A stretch of 64,000 nt of DNA from Macrostomum lignano (GCA_002269645.1 NIVC01000172.1:582558-646557); one strand, 5' to 3'. Shown: positions 1 to 14,300, counted from the first letter of the stretch. Translations and numbers: made by a program. Notes: generated from the letters alone by a model not told the origin.

Positions 1-1027
1 CTCAGCAAGCAATCCAAGCAGAGGTTTGTGGTCACTCACCAGCAGAAATGGGCGGCCGAACAGGTACGCGTTGAACTTCTTGACCGCAAACACTACAGCG
101 AGGGCTTCCTTCTCGAGCTGCGAGTAGTTTTTCTCAGCGTCGTGCAACGTACGCGAGGCAAAGGCCACAGGCCGGACAGCTCCATCGATCCTGTGGCTGA
201 TGACCGCGCCCAGACCGTATGGGGACGCATCGCACTCGAGCAGCAGGTCTTCGCTCGGGTCAAAGTGCGCCAATACCGGAGGCGAAGACAGCAGGGCCTT
301 GCACTTCTCGAAAGCGGCGTTCTGAGCAGCGCCCCAGTTACAGCGGTGTTGCTCGCGCAGCAGCAGGTGCAGCGGTGCCAGGACTTGAGACAAATTAGGC
401 AGGAACTTGCCATAGTAGTTCACCATGCCTAGGAAGCTGCGCAGCTGAGTTGCGTCCTTGGGAGCTGGAGCGCTGACAATTGCCTCGACCTTGTCTTTGA
501 TCGGGTGCAGGCCGTCGGCATCGATGCGGTGACCGAGATAACTGATGCTCGTCTGCATGAACTGGCACTTCTCCAGTTTGCACCGGAGGCCACTCTGGCT
601 CAGCTTCTCCAGAACCTGCTCCAGGGAGTTCAGATGACTGCTGTCGTCCTTCCCGGTGATGATGAGGTCATCGATGAAGCAGGCGGTGCTGGTGATTCCT
701 TGCAGCAAGCAGTCCATCCGGCGCTGAAAAATCCCGACCGCTGGCGAGACACCGAAGGGCAGCCGCGTGTACCGAAGCAGCCCTTTGTGCGTATTGATCG
801 TGCAGACTTCCTGGGAGGCCTCATCGAGTGGCAGCTGCATGTACGCCTGCGACAAGTCGAGCTTAGTGAAGAGCCGCCCACCAGTCAGCTTCGCGAACAG
901 CTCTTCGATCCGCGGCAGAGGATACGAGTCGGGCTCCACGTTCGGGTTGACGGTCTGCTTGAAGTCGGCGCAGACCCTCACAGAGCCGTCGGACTTGAGC
1001 ACTGGCACCACCGGCGGGCTCCGCCAG
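1..1027 (-). mobile_element. Ty3/Gypsy pol fragment (RT-RNase H), open frame running off the window start
   Basis: Manual translation of the minus strand gives PVVPVLKSDGSVRVCADFK..YPLPRIEELF..FTKLDLSQAY..RLPFG..CFIDDLII (RT) in frame with LRSFLGMVNYY..CDASPYGLGAV..AFASRTL..NYSQLEKEAL..SDHKPL (RNase H). Confidence 0.93.
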
Positions 1028-1490
1028 TGAGATCGGGCTCCGCCAGCAGCCGCCGCTGAGCGCTGTCGTTGTTGATTCCCAGCACCAGCCTGTCGCGAAG
1101 CATCGAAGTTAGGCTGTCGCCAAACTTGCAGTCGCGAGCCAGGTCTCGGAGGTCTGCGACAAAGTCCGCGACGCCCTCACCTTCCCTGCAATTTCTGGTG
1201 TGGAATCGGTAACGATGGACGATCTCGGACTCCTCAGGCTCGAAATGGCTCTTCAGTGCTTCGCAAATTTCAATGTAGCTCTTGGCTGATGGCTGTGCAG
1301 GAGACAGAAGACTGAAGGCCAGACGGAAGACTTTCTTGCCACATGAACTCAGCAGAATCGCTCGCTTTTTCGCTTCCTCAGTGACGTCATTGGCAACAAA
1401 ATATTGTTCTAACCTTGCTTGGTACATATGCCACGGCTCAGAGCCTTCTTCGTATGGGCCGACAAGCCCTAGTGCACTTGCACTACTCAT
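1028..1490 (-). mobile_element. Ty3/Gypsy gag N-terminal/capsid region, truncated by an internal deletion
   Basis: ORF 978..1490: WHMYQARLEQYFVAN..LKSHFEP..RYRFHTRN..FVADLRDLARDCKFG..LRDRLVLGI is typical Mag/Gypsy gag. No CCHC knuckle or protease follows. Confidence 0.9.
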
Positions 1491-1510
1491 TTGCGCAGGG
1501 TCGTTTCAGT

Positions 1511-1720
1511 CTCGTCGCCACTGTGAAAACTCCACTTCGGGGGTAAGACCCCCCCAAGGCAGAGAGCTTGTATTTAATATAGCTGGCCAACAATAAAGGT
1601 TGTCTGACAAAGCGTCAGCCAATCACACGCGCGCCAGACAATCACATGTACATTACACTGAGCAGAGCCACTCAACAGACCCACGCTACCACAGTTACCA
1701 CGCTACCACGCTACCACGCT
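1511..1720 (-). mobile_element. Gypsy primer-binding site and probable partial 5' LTR
   Basis: TGGCGACGAG (reverse complement of 1511-1520) lies just after a ..CACA LTR-like end and about 20 nt before the gag ATG. The outer LTR boundary is lost in the (TATC)n array. Confidence 0.65.
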
Positions 1721-1721
1721 A

Positions 1722-3424
<1,703 letters not shown>

Positions 3425-4275
3425 AAAATTACAAACCAATTGAGCTGTGAGTTTACTGTGAGGAGAGCCCAGAGCGCATTATTCATACAGAGGGAGTAGC
3501 TCCAGAGACTCCAGAGGGGGCGGAGGGAGGAACTCCCGCACAGCCATCAGCCAAGCCGGCCCCCAAGCCACAGCTATGGATTGCCCTAGAAAGCAGATCA
3601 AGTCTGCAACTCGCCATTCACTGCTCAGGCTGCTCACCTCATGCCTGAACCTGTCATGAAAAATACGCACAGAAACGAAAATCGGAGGGGGAGCCCTGCA
3701 GTTGGCGCGCTGCCTCAAGAGTGGATTCCTATAATTTTAATGGGGATCGGATTGTCACCGGGGACGGGGGGGGGGCTTGTCAGGTTTTCGTTTTCTTTAA
3801 ACTCGCATTATCGCTGCGGAGACCCTCACTTCGCTCCTCCTTTCCCTGTTCCAGCGGGAGGGCCTGACTAACTAGCCTTAATTCCGGCAGCTGTGCTCAC
3901 AGAATGTCTCAGCGCATAGTCTCTAAGGAGCTGGTCAGCTCACAGGTTTGACTGTTTAACAGCACAGTGCCTGGAGTTCCCCCTCCCCTGAGTACTCGCT
4001 GGCGCAGTCGCGTGTTGCAAGGCCAAATTCACTCCCTAAGACAAACTTCTTACTCAGCAGAACTCCTCAGTTTGATTGACAAGTACAGGCATTGCTGCGA
4101 ACGGCGTGATTTATTGCCAAGTGTTGATCGCCCTGACAGCTGATCAAATCCTCCCCCCACCCGAGTCACCTCCACTCCCGCTGCTTCGGGTTGGTTAAGG
4201 AATGGCTCTGTAGCTCTCAGCCTCCATGACCTCTTTCTCTCACTTCTGAACTTCTTTCTTTACCATCTCCTCAAC

Positions 4276-7200
4276 TCCCTTCCCTACCCTCTCCTAATCT
4301 CCCTTCCCTACCCTCTCCTAATCTCCCTACTGTCTCCTAATCTCCCTTCCCTACCCTCTCCTAATCTCCCTTCCCTACCCTCTCCTAATCTCCCTTCCCT
4401 ACCCTCTCCTAATCTTCCTTCCCTACCCTCTCCCAATCTCATTTCCCTACCCTCTCCTAATCTCCCATCCCTACCCTCTCCCAATCTCCCTTCCCTACCC
4501 TCTCCTAATCTCCCTTCCCTACCCTCTCCTAATCTCCCTACTCTCTCCTAATCTCCCTTCCCTACCCTCTCCTAATCTCCCTTCCCTACCCTCTCCTAAT
4601 CTCCCTTCCCTACCCTCTCCTAATCTCCCTTCCCTACCCTCTCCCAATCTCCCTTCCCTACCCTCTCCCAATCTCCCTACCCTCTCCTAATTTCCCCACT
4701 CTCTCCTAATCTCCCTACCCTCCTAATCTCCCTTCCCTACCCTCTCCTAATCTCCATTCCCTACCCTCTCCTAATCTCCATACCCTCTCCTAATCTCCCT
4801 ACTCTCTCCTAATCTCCCTACCCTCCTAATCTCCCTTCCTTACCCTCTCCCAATCTCCCTTCCCTACCCTCTCCAATCTCCCTTCCCTACCCTCTCCTAA
4901 TCTCCCTTCCCTACCCTCTCCCAATCTCCCTTCTCTACCCTCTCCCAATCTCCCTTCCCTACCCTCTCCTAATCTCCCTTCCCTACCCCTCCTAATCTCC
5001 CTAACCTCTCCTAATCTCCCTACCCTCTACTAATATCCATACCCTCTCCTAATCTTCCCTACTCTCTCCTAATCTCCCTACCCTCCTAATCTCCCTTCCT
5101 TACCCTCTCCTAATCTCCCTTCCCTACCCTCTCCTAATCTCCCTTCCCTACCCTCTCCTAATCTCCATACCCTCTCCTAATCTCCCTACTCTCTCCTAAT
5201 CTCCCTACCCTCCTAATCTCCCTTCCTTACCCTCTCCTAATCTCCCTTCCTTACCTCTCCTAATCTCCTTCCCTACCCTCTCCTAATCTCCATTCCCTAC
5301 CCTCTCCTAATCTCCATACCCTCTCCTAATCTCCCTACTCTCTCCTAATCTCCCTACCCTCCTAATCTCCCTTCCTTACCCTCTCCTAATCTCCCTTCCC
5401 TACCCTCTCCCAATCTCCCTTCCCTACCCTCTCCCAATCTCCCTACCCTCTCCTAATTTCCCCACTCTCTCCTAATCTCCCTACCCTCCTAATCTCCCTT
5501 CCCTACCTCTCCTAATCTCCATTCCCTACCCTCTCCTAACTCCATACCCTCTCCTAATCTCCCTACTCTCTCCTAATCTCCCTACCCTCCTAATCTCCCT
5601 TCCTTACCTCTCCCAATCTCCCTTCCCTACCCTCCCAATCTCCCTTCCCTACCCTCTCCTAGTCTCCCTTCCCTACCCTCTCCCAATCTCCCTTCTCTAC
5701 CCTCTCCCAATCTCCCTTCCCTACCCTCTCCTAATCTCCCTTCCCTATCCTCTCCTAATCTCCCTAACCTCTCCTAATCTCCCTACCTCTACTAATATCC
5801 ATACCCTCTCCTAATCTCCCTACTCTCTCCTAATCTCCCTACCCTCCTAATCTCCCTTCCTTACCCTCTCCTAATCTCCCTTCCCTACCCTCTCCTAATC
5901 TCCCTTCCCTACCTCTCCTAATCTCCATACCCTCTCCTAATCTTCCTACTCTCTCCTAATCTCCCTACCCTCCTAATCTCCCTTCCTTACCCTCTCCTAA
6001 TCTCCCTTCCCTACCCTCTCCCAATCTCCCTTCCCTACCCTCTCCCAATCTCCCTACCCTCTCCTAATTTCCCCACTCTCTCCTAATCTCCCTACCCTCC
6101 TAATCTCCCTTCCCTACCTCTCCAATCTCCCTTCCCTACCCTCTCCCAATCTCCCTTCCCTACCCTCTCCTAATCTCCCTTCCCTACCCTCTCCTAATCT
6201 CCTTCCCTACCCTCTCTCAATCTCCCTTCCCTACCCTCTCCTAATCTCCTTCCCTACCCTCTCCCAATCTCCCTTCCCTACCCTCTCCTAATCTCCCTTC
6301 CTTACCCTCTCCTAATCTCCCTTCCCTACCCTCTCCCAATCTCCCTTCCCTACCTCTCCAATCTCCCTACCCTCTCCTAATTTCCCCACTCTCTCCTAAT
6401 CTCCCTACCCTCCTAATCTCCCTTCCCTACCTCTCCTAATCTCCATTCCCTACCTCTCCTAATCTCCATACCCTCTCCTAATCTCCCTACTCTCTCCTAT
6501 CTCCCTACCCTCCTAATCTCCCTTCCTTACCCTCTCCCAATCTCCCTTCCCTACCCTCTCCCAATCTCCCTTCCCTACCCTCTCCTAATCTCCCTTCCAT
6601 ACCCTCTCCCAATCTCCCTTCTCTACCCTCTCCCAATCTCCCTTCCCTACCCTCTCCTAATCTCCCTTCCCTACCCCCTCCTAATCTCCCTAACCTCTCC
6701 TAATCTCCCTACCCTCTACTAATATCCATACCCTCTCCTAATCTCCCTACTCTCTCCTAATCTCCCTACCCTCCTAATCTCCCTTCCTTACCCTCTCCTA
6801 ATCTCCCTTCCCTACCCTCTCCTAATCTCCCTTCCCTACCCTCTCCTAATCTCCATACCCTCTCCTAATCTCCCTACTCTCTCCTAATCTCCCTACCCTC
6901 CTAATCTCCCTTCCTTACCCTCTCCTAATCTCCCTTCCTTACCCTCTCCTAATCTCCCTTCCCTACCCTCTCCTAATCTCCATTCCCTACCCTCTCCTAA
7001 TCTCCATACCCTCTCCTAATCTCCCTACTCTCTCCTAATCTCCCTACCCTCCTAATCTCCCTTCCTTACCCTCTCCTAATCTCCCTTCCCTACCCTCTCC
7101 CAATCTCCTTCCCTACCCTCTCCCAATCTCCCTACCCTCTCCTAATTTCCCACTCTCTCCTAATCTCCCTACCCTCCTAATCTCCCTTCCCTACCCTCTC

Positions 7201-10200
7201 CTAATCTCCATTCCCTACCCTCTCCTAATCTCCATACCCTCTCCTAATCTCCTACTCTCTCCTAATCTCCCTACCTCCTAATCTCCCTTCCTTACCCTCT
7301 CCCAATCTCCCTTCCCTACCCTCTCCCAATCTCCCTTCCCTACCCTCTCCTAGTCTCCTTCCCTACCCTCCCAATCTCCCTTCTCTACCCTCTCCCAATC
7401 TCCCTTCCCTACCCTCTCCTAATCTCCCTTCCCTATCCTCTCCTAATCTCCCTAACCTCTCCTAATCTCCCTACCCTCTACTAATATCCATACCCTCTCC
7501 TAATCTCCCTACTCTCTCCTAATCTCCCTACCCTCCTAATCTCCCTTCCTTACCTCTCCTAATCTCCCTTCCCTACCTCTCCTAATCTCCCTTCCCTACC
7601 CTCTCCTAATCTCCATACCCTCTCCTAATCTTCCTACTCTCTCCTAATCTCCCTACCCTCCTAATCTCCCTTCCTTACCCTCTCCTAATCTCCCTTCCCT
7701 ACCCTCTCCCAATCTCCCTTCCCTACCCTCTCCCAATCTCCCTACCCTCTCCTAATTTCCCCACTCTCTCCTAATCTCCCTACCCTCCTAATCTCCCTTC
7801 CCTACCCTCTCCCAATCTCCCTTCCCTACCCTCTCCCAATCTCCCTTCCCTACCCTCTCCTAATCTCCCTTCCCTACCCTCTCCTAATCTCCCTTCCCTA
7901 CCCTCTCTCAATCTCCCTTCCCTACCCTCTCCTAATCTCCCTTCCCTACCCTCTCCCAATCTCCCTTCCCTACCCTCTCCTAATCTCCCTTCCCTACCCT
8001 CTCCTAATCTCCCTTCCCTACCCTCTCCTAATCTCCCTACTCTCTCCTAATCTCCCTTCCCTACCCTCTCCTAATCTCCCTTCCCTACCCTCTCCTAATC
8101 TCCCTTCCCTACCCTCTCCTAATCTTCCTTCCCTACCCTCTCCCAATCTCATTTCCCTACCCTCTCCTAATCTCCCTTCCCTACCCTCTCCCAATCTCCC
8201 TTCCCTACCCTCTCCTAATCTCCCTTCCCTACCCTCTCCTAATCTCCCTTCCCTACCCTCTCCCAATCTCCCTTCCCTACCCTCTCCCAATCTCCCTACC
8301 CTCTCCTAATTTCCCCACTCTCTCCTAATCTCCCTACCCTCCTAATCTCCCTTCCCTACCCTCTCCCAATCTCCCTTCCCTACCCTCTCCCAATCTCCCT
8401 TCCCTACCCTCTCCTAATCTCCCTTCCCTACCCTCTCCCAATCTCCCTTCTCTACCCTCTCCCAATCTCCCTTCCCTACCCTCTCCTAATCTCCCTTCCC
8501 TACCCTCTCCTAATCTCCCTAACCTCTCCTAATCTCCCTACCCTCTACTAATATCCATACCCTCTCCTAATCTCCCTACTCTCTCCTAATCTCCCTACCC
8601 TCCTAATCTCCCTTCCTTACCCTCTCCTAATCTCCCTTCCCTACCCTCTCCTAATCTCCCTTCCCTACCCTCTCCTAATCTCCATACCCTCTCCTAATCT
8701 CCCTACTCTCTCCTAATCTCCCTACCCTCCTAATCTCCCTTCCTTACCCTCTCCTAATCTCCCTTCCTTACCCTCTCCTAATCTCCCTTCCCTACCCTCT
8801 CCTAATCTCCATTCCCTACCCTCTCCTAATCTCCATACCCTCTCCTAATCTCCCTACTCTCTCCTAATCTCCCTACCCTCCTAATCTCCCTTCCTTACCC
8901 TCTCCTAATCTCCCTTCCCTACCCTCTCCCAATCTCCCTTCCCTACCCTCTCCCAATCTCCCTACCCTCTCCTAATTTCCCCACTCTCTCCTAATCTCCC
9001 TACCCTCCTAATCTCCCTTCCCTACCCTCTCCTAATCTCCATTCCCTACCCTCTCCTAATCTCCATACCCTCTCCTAATCTCCCTACTCTCTCCTAATCT
9101 CCCTACCCTCCTAATCTCCCTTCCTTACCCTCTCCCAATCTCCCTTCCCTACCCTCTCCCAATCTCCCTTCCCTACCCTCTCCTAGTCTCCCTTCCCTAC
9201 CCTCTCCCAATCTCCCTTCTCTACCCTCTCCCAATCTCCCTTCCCTACCCTCTCCTTATCTCCCTTCCCTACCCTCTCCTAATCTCCCTAACCTCTCCTA
9301 ATCTCCCTACCCTCTACTAATATCCATACCCTCTCCTAATCTCCCTACTCTCTCCTAATCTCCCTACCCTCCTAATCTCCCTTCCTTACCCTCTCCTAAT
9401 CTCCCTTCCCTACCCTCTCCTAATCTCCCTTCCCTACCCTCTCCTAATCTCCATACCCTCTCCTAATCTTCCTACTCTCTCCTAATTTCCCTACCCTCCT
9501 AATCTCCCTTCCTTACCCTCTCCTAATCTCCCTTCCCTACCCTCTCCCAATCTCCCTTCCCTACCCTCTCCCAATCTCCCTACCCTCTCCTAATTTCCCC
9601 ACTCTCTCCTAATCTCCCTACCCTCCTAATCTCCCTTCCCTACCCTCTCCCAATCTCCCTTCCCTACCCTCTCCCAATCTCCCTTCCCTACCCTCTCCTA
9701 ATCTCCCTTCCCTACCCTCTCCTAATCTCCCTTCCCTACCCTCTCTCAATCTCCCTTCCCTACCCTCTCCTAATCTCCCTTCCCTACCCTCTCCCAATCT
9801 CCCTTCCCTACCCTCTCCTAATCTCCCTTCCCTACCCTCTCCTAATCTCCCTTCCCTACCCTCTCCTAATCTCCATACCCTCTCCCAATCTCCCTTCCCT
9901 ACCCTCTCCCAATCTCCCTACCCTCTCCTAATTTCCCCACTCTCTCCTAATCTCCCTACCCTCCTAATCTCCCTTCCCTACCCTCTCCCAATCTCCCTTC
10001 CCTACCCTCTCCCAATCTCCCTTCCCTACCCTCTCCTAATCTCCCTTCCCTACCCTCTCCTAATCTCCCTTCCCTACCCTCTCTCAATCTCCCTTCCCTA
10101 CCCTCTCCTAATCTCCCTTCCCTACCCTCTCCCAATCTCCCTTCCCTACCCTCTCCTAATCTCCCTTCCCTACCCTCTCCTAATCTCCCTTCCCTACCCT

Positions 10201-10470
10201 CTCCTAATCTCCATACCCTCTCCCAATCTCCCTTCCCTACCCTCTCCCAATCTTCCTTCCCTACCCTCTCCCAATCTCCCTTCCCTACCCTCTCCTAATC
10301 TTCCTTCCCTACCCTCTCCCAATCTCCCTACCCTCTCCTAATCTCCCTACTCTCTCCTAATCTCCCTACCCTCCTAATCTCCCTTCCTTACCCTCTCCTA
10401 ATCTCCCTTCCCTACCCTCTCCCAATCTCCCTACCCTCTGCTAATCTCCCTACCCTCTCCCAATCTCCCC
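4276..10470. repeat. 23-bp pyrimidine-rich minisatellite (CTCTCCTAATCTCCCTTCCCTAC-type) with higher-order periodicity
   Basis: About 6.2 kb tandem array with short variant units and recurring marker variants. Confidence 0.98.
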
Positions 10471-11094
10471 CCTTCCTCTTTTCTCGACACTCTGACTTCA
10501 CAATTGCCTCCCATTATCGAGGCCACGAGGGTTCCAAATGTTTATCCAAATACGAATTATAGATTCTCACCACCAGTCCAACCACCAGCAAAGCCTAATT
10601 TATTGCACCTTCCACGCTCCCCAGTTGTAAAAATATTCGCCCAAAAATAGCAGCGTCTTACCCCAGCAACAGGTGGCAACAAATGCCAAAGTTTCCACTG
10701 TCTCCATGCGGAATTACCCACCCACCCCGCCTCCCTCAAGCCGAATTCGAGCGAGGCCTGTCGCCAACCTGCACAAATACGAGCCGCGGACAAAGTTGGC
10801 ATCCCATATTTCCCCTCGATTTTTGCCCCCAACCTGCCAGGTGGCCTCAAAGTCTTCCCGCTTTGTTCGAAATATCGCATAAGCACTTCTGTCGCCTACC
10901 CGATCAACACGAACATCTCACACAGCTGACGACTATCTATATGATAATTGGGAACCCTGGCACCCACAACCCCAGCGCTGAGGCAATTCTGCCCATTCAC
11001 CTGATTTCTGAGCACACACAAGCGCGCCAATACTGCACGCAGGCACGCGCTCACACACACGCTCACACAGGGTCTTAATCATCAGGTGTGTACA

Positions 11095-11165
11095 TAATCG
11101 AACGGAATCGAACCTAGGGTCGTGGGCGCGATAATCGAACGCATTTTCCGTAGAGAGCTGCTCTG
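11095..11165 (-). mobile_element. Degenerate tRNA-derived SINE-like head
   Basis: Perfect B-box GGTTCGATTCC on the minus strand, preceded by a tRNA-like segment (GCGTTCGATTATCGCGCCCACGACCC). A-box is poor and there is no cloverleaf. Confidence 0.35.
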
Positions 11166-11209
11166 AGATGCGATATATAAATGAAGAAGTAGACAGGAAT
11201 AGAAATGGC

Positions 11210-11273
<64 letters not shown>
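11210..11273. repeat. (GA)n microsatellite
   Basis: About 30 GA units. Confidence 0.97.
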
Positions 11274-11275
<2 letters not shown>

Positions 11276-11380
11276 GGCCTCACCGCTCTCAGCGTCCCAT
11301 TTCACGAACAGCGGATATGATGATGACGAAGTCTTGCTGGGACATTTCGACTTCAGAAAATCATCTGAATCAAGATTCAG

Positions 11381-14300
11381 ATGATGCTTGGCAAGATTCT
11401 GCACCTCCACGAAGCGTGCCGTCAACACGCGGTGCCAAGCGGGCAACCGGAGCAACCCGGTTGGCAAAGCAGAATCGGGGGGGGGAGAGAGGCCCGTAGC
11501 CTCGGCGTAACAGCCGCGGTCTATGGGCAAACCTCCTCGCAACAGAGTGGCTTGGACCTAACCGACCCAGGCACCTCTCGAAACAACAGTAAGGTTGAAA
11601 GCTTTGCCGAAAGTGAGAGAGAGAGTGAGGAACTGCTGCGGAAAATATCAAAAAAAAACAAAAAAAAGAAGGAGCATGAAGCGAACAAGGAAGAGAGTAA
11701 TTGCACGTACCCAGAAAGCAAGGAAAGGCGAAGGGCTGAAATCAGCAGAGCGCTCGAGACCATCGAAAAGAACCCAGGACCGAGGCGTCCAGCACAAAAG
11801 ACGGCACGGAAGCTCAGACGAACCACACGACGAAAAAAGGTACGAGATAGGAAAGCGAGAGAGAAGGCCAGGAGGGCAAATGAGAGGTGGCACAATAACG
11901 ACATAAAGCTAGCGACGTGGAATATGCGCAGAGCGAACGTAGGAAGCGGAAGGTTCGGCGAGGTCGTTAAGTACGCGATAGGAAAGGGATGGGACGTCAC
12001 CCTCCTATCCGAACTTGACACACCTGGCGTTGGCATCAGAAGCTACCATCACAGAGAAGCAGAGATGCACCTAGTCCACTCCCAGAAGGTGGGAATGCTT
12101 CTGGGAGAAACAGCCTGGACAATGTGGAACGAAACTGGGAGGAAGATGCACCCGATGAAACGAACACTTGCGCTGGAAATAGGCGGAGTGATCCTGATAG
12201 CCGTATACCAACCGGTCAAGAAGGGTAAAGAGTACGAGGAAGAAGTGGATGAGATCCGAGAAGAAATCGAAAGGATGCTGAACACCTTTGCAAAGAAGGC
12301 TGTACTAATCATCGGTGGAGATTTCAACGCCAGCGTTGGGAGCGGAGTGCACCGTCTCTCGAGCACAGGCCGTTATGGAATCGGACCAACGAACCAACAG
12401 GGTGAAGACCTACTTCTTTGGCTAGAAAGCCTAGGCCTGGCATGGGCGAGCACCTTCTACAGGCAGAAGAAGCAAGGCACCTGGCGGAACCCGAGGTCAC
12501 ACCAATGGTACGAGATTGACGGCTTCATCACCAAGAAAGAGCAGAGACACCGGATCATCGGGAGCATCAGGACCGACCACGATCCGAATCACCATACGAG
12601 GTCCGACCACCTACCGAAGGTCATCACCATGAAGAGAAGATTCGCGGAGAGATGCGCGGAACCAACCAGGAAGTATCCAAAAAACCAAAAAAACGAAATC
12701 GCCTGGGACCGGCTCCGCGATGTCGGCGTACGCGAACTATACAGAAATAAGACGGAGGAAGTGCTAGCTGGAAAGGGCGAGACCGACTGGGAAACGACGA
12801 AACAAACGATGCTTGAAGCCGCGAGAGAAATCTGCGGCCCAAAGACGAGACAGACGAACCCGTGGATGGTAGGGCACGAAGAAGAGCTGGCAGAACTTAA
12901 CAAAGAAGTGGAGCACGCCCTGAGCGCCCGCAACCGAGTTAAGAAGTCACCCGAAGGGACCCTAACAGTAGAAGAGCGGACGGTGGCCTTGACCCGAGCC
13001 ACACAAGGGCTGAAAGAGAAGCGGGGAAAGCAGAAGAAGAAACTCCAAGAGTGGATGGAACAGTGGTGGATGGAGATTGCCGAAGAGTGCAAGCGGAACT
13101 GCGACACGGGAAACGTGGCTGGGATGTACGACTGTTTGCGGAAGATGGGCAGGAACACAAAGCAAAATGAGAACAACAGCAGAACAGTACCACTGTTCAC
13201 GGCGGAAGACTTCAAGGAACACCTGTCAAAGATCCAGGAGCAACGGTTCGAGAACGACCAGGAGGAAATGCTCAATCTAATTAGGTCAGCCCCAAAGCCA
13301 AGCGTAGACAAGGCTACGATAGAGGAAGCCAATGACCGGCTGTCCAGACCACTAACAAACAAAGAGATCGACGACGAAATCAAAAAGATCAAAGACGGGG
13401 CCCCGGGCTTAGACGGCATCCGAATGCGCTACATCACCAGCGCGTGCGCAATGGCCCAAGCGGAGGTCCGGAAAGTAGTGCACTACATCTGGAACAACCC
13501 AGCGGACACCTGGGAGGAGGACCAGAAAGTAGGTGTAATCATGCCACTCCACAAGAAAGGCGATCGGACGAACCTCAATAATTTCAGAGGGATCTGCCTC
13601 CTACCAGTCGCAAGCAGGATACTCGCTCGGATACTGGCGACGAGGCTGAGCTCATGGACGGAGAACATGGGTCTGCTAGACGACAACCAGTTCGGTTTCC
13701 GGAGCGGCCGGTCCACTATGGATGCGACCCAGATCATACTCAGACTGAACGAGGACGCCGAGAAGATCAGAGAGAGCCCAGAATGGGCAGAGTCGATGGA
13801 TACCAGCCTAGTCTTGCTAGACCTTAAGAAGGCCTACCCGCGGGTAAACAAGCCGGCTCTTTGGGAACTGCTGAAACATCAGCACATGCCGGAGCGCACG
13901 ATAAAAAAGCTGGCAGACCTGCACGAGTACACCGCGTACACGGTACGGTGCGGCGCAGAGACAAGTTCCGAATTTTACCCACAACGCGGGCTGAGAGAAG
14001 GCTGCGCCACATCGCCTATCCTCTTCAACATCTATCACCAGACGGCGATACGGATAGCAAAAGAGAGGCGCATGGAAAAAGCGAAGAACACCGGGGCCGA
14101 ATGCGGAATCAAGTGGGTTTGCCGACCGGGCAAATGCTTACCGCCTAAAAAGATGGGAGGTTACAACGAAGAAGCGGCGGAGATAACAATCACAGAAGTA
14201 CTGTTCGCTGACGACACCACTATTGTCGGGGGATCCGAGGAAATCGAGCAAGGGACGAGAACCGTCATCGAGACCATCGGAATCCTAGAAGAACGGACGA

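Noticed and set aside
4276-10470. Telomere-like array
   Set aside because: The unit is 23 bp; CCCTAA occurs only as a rare variant.
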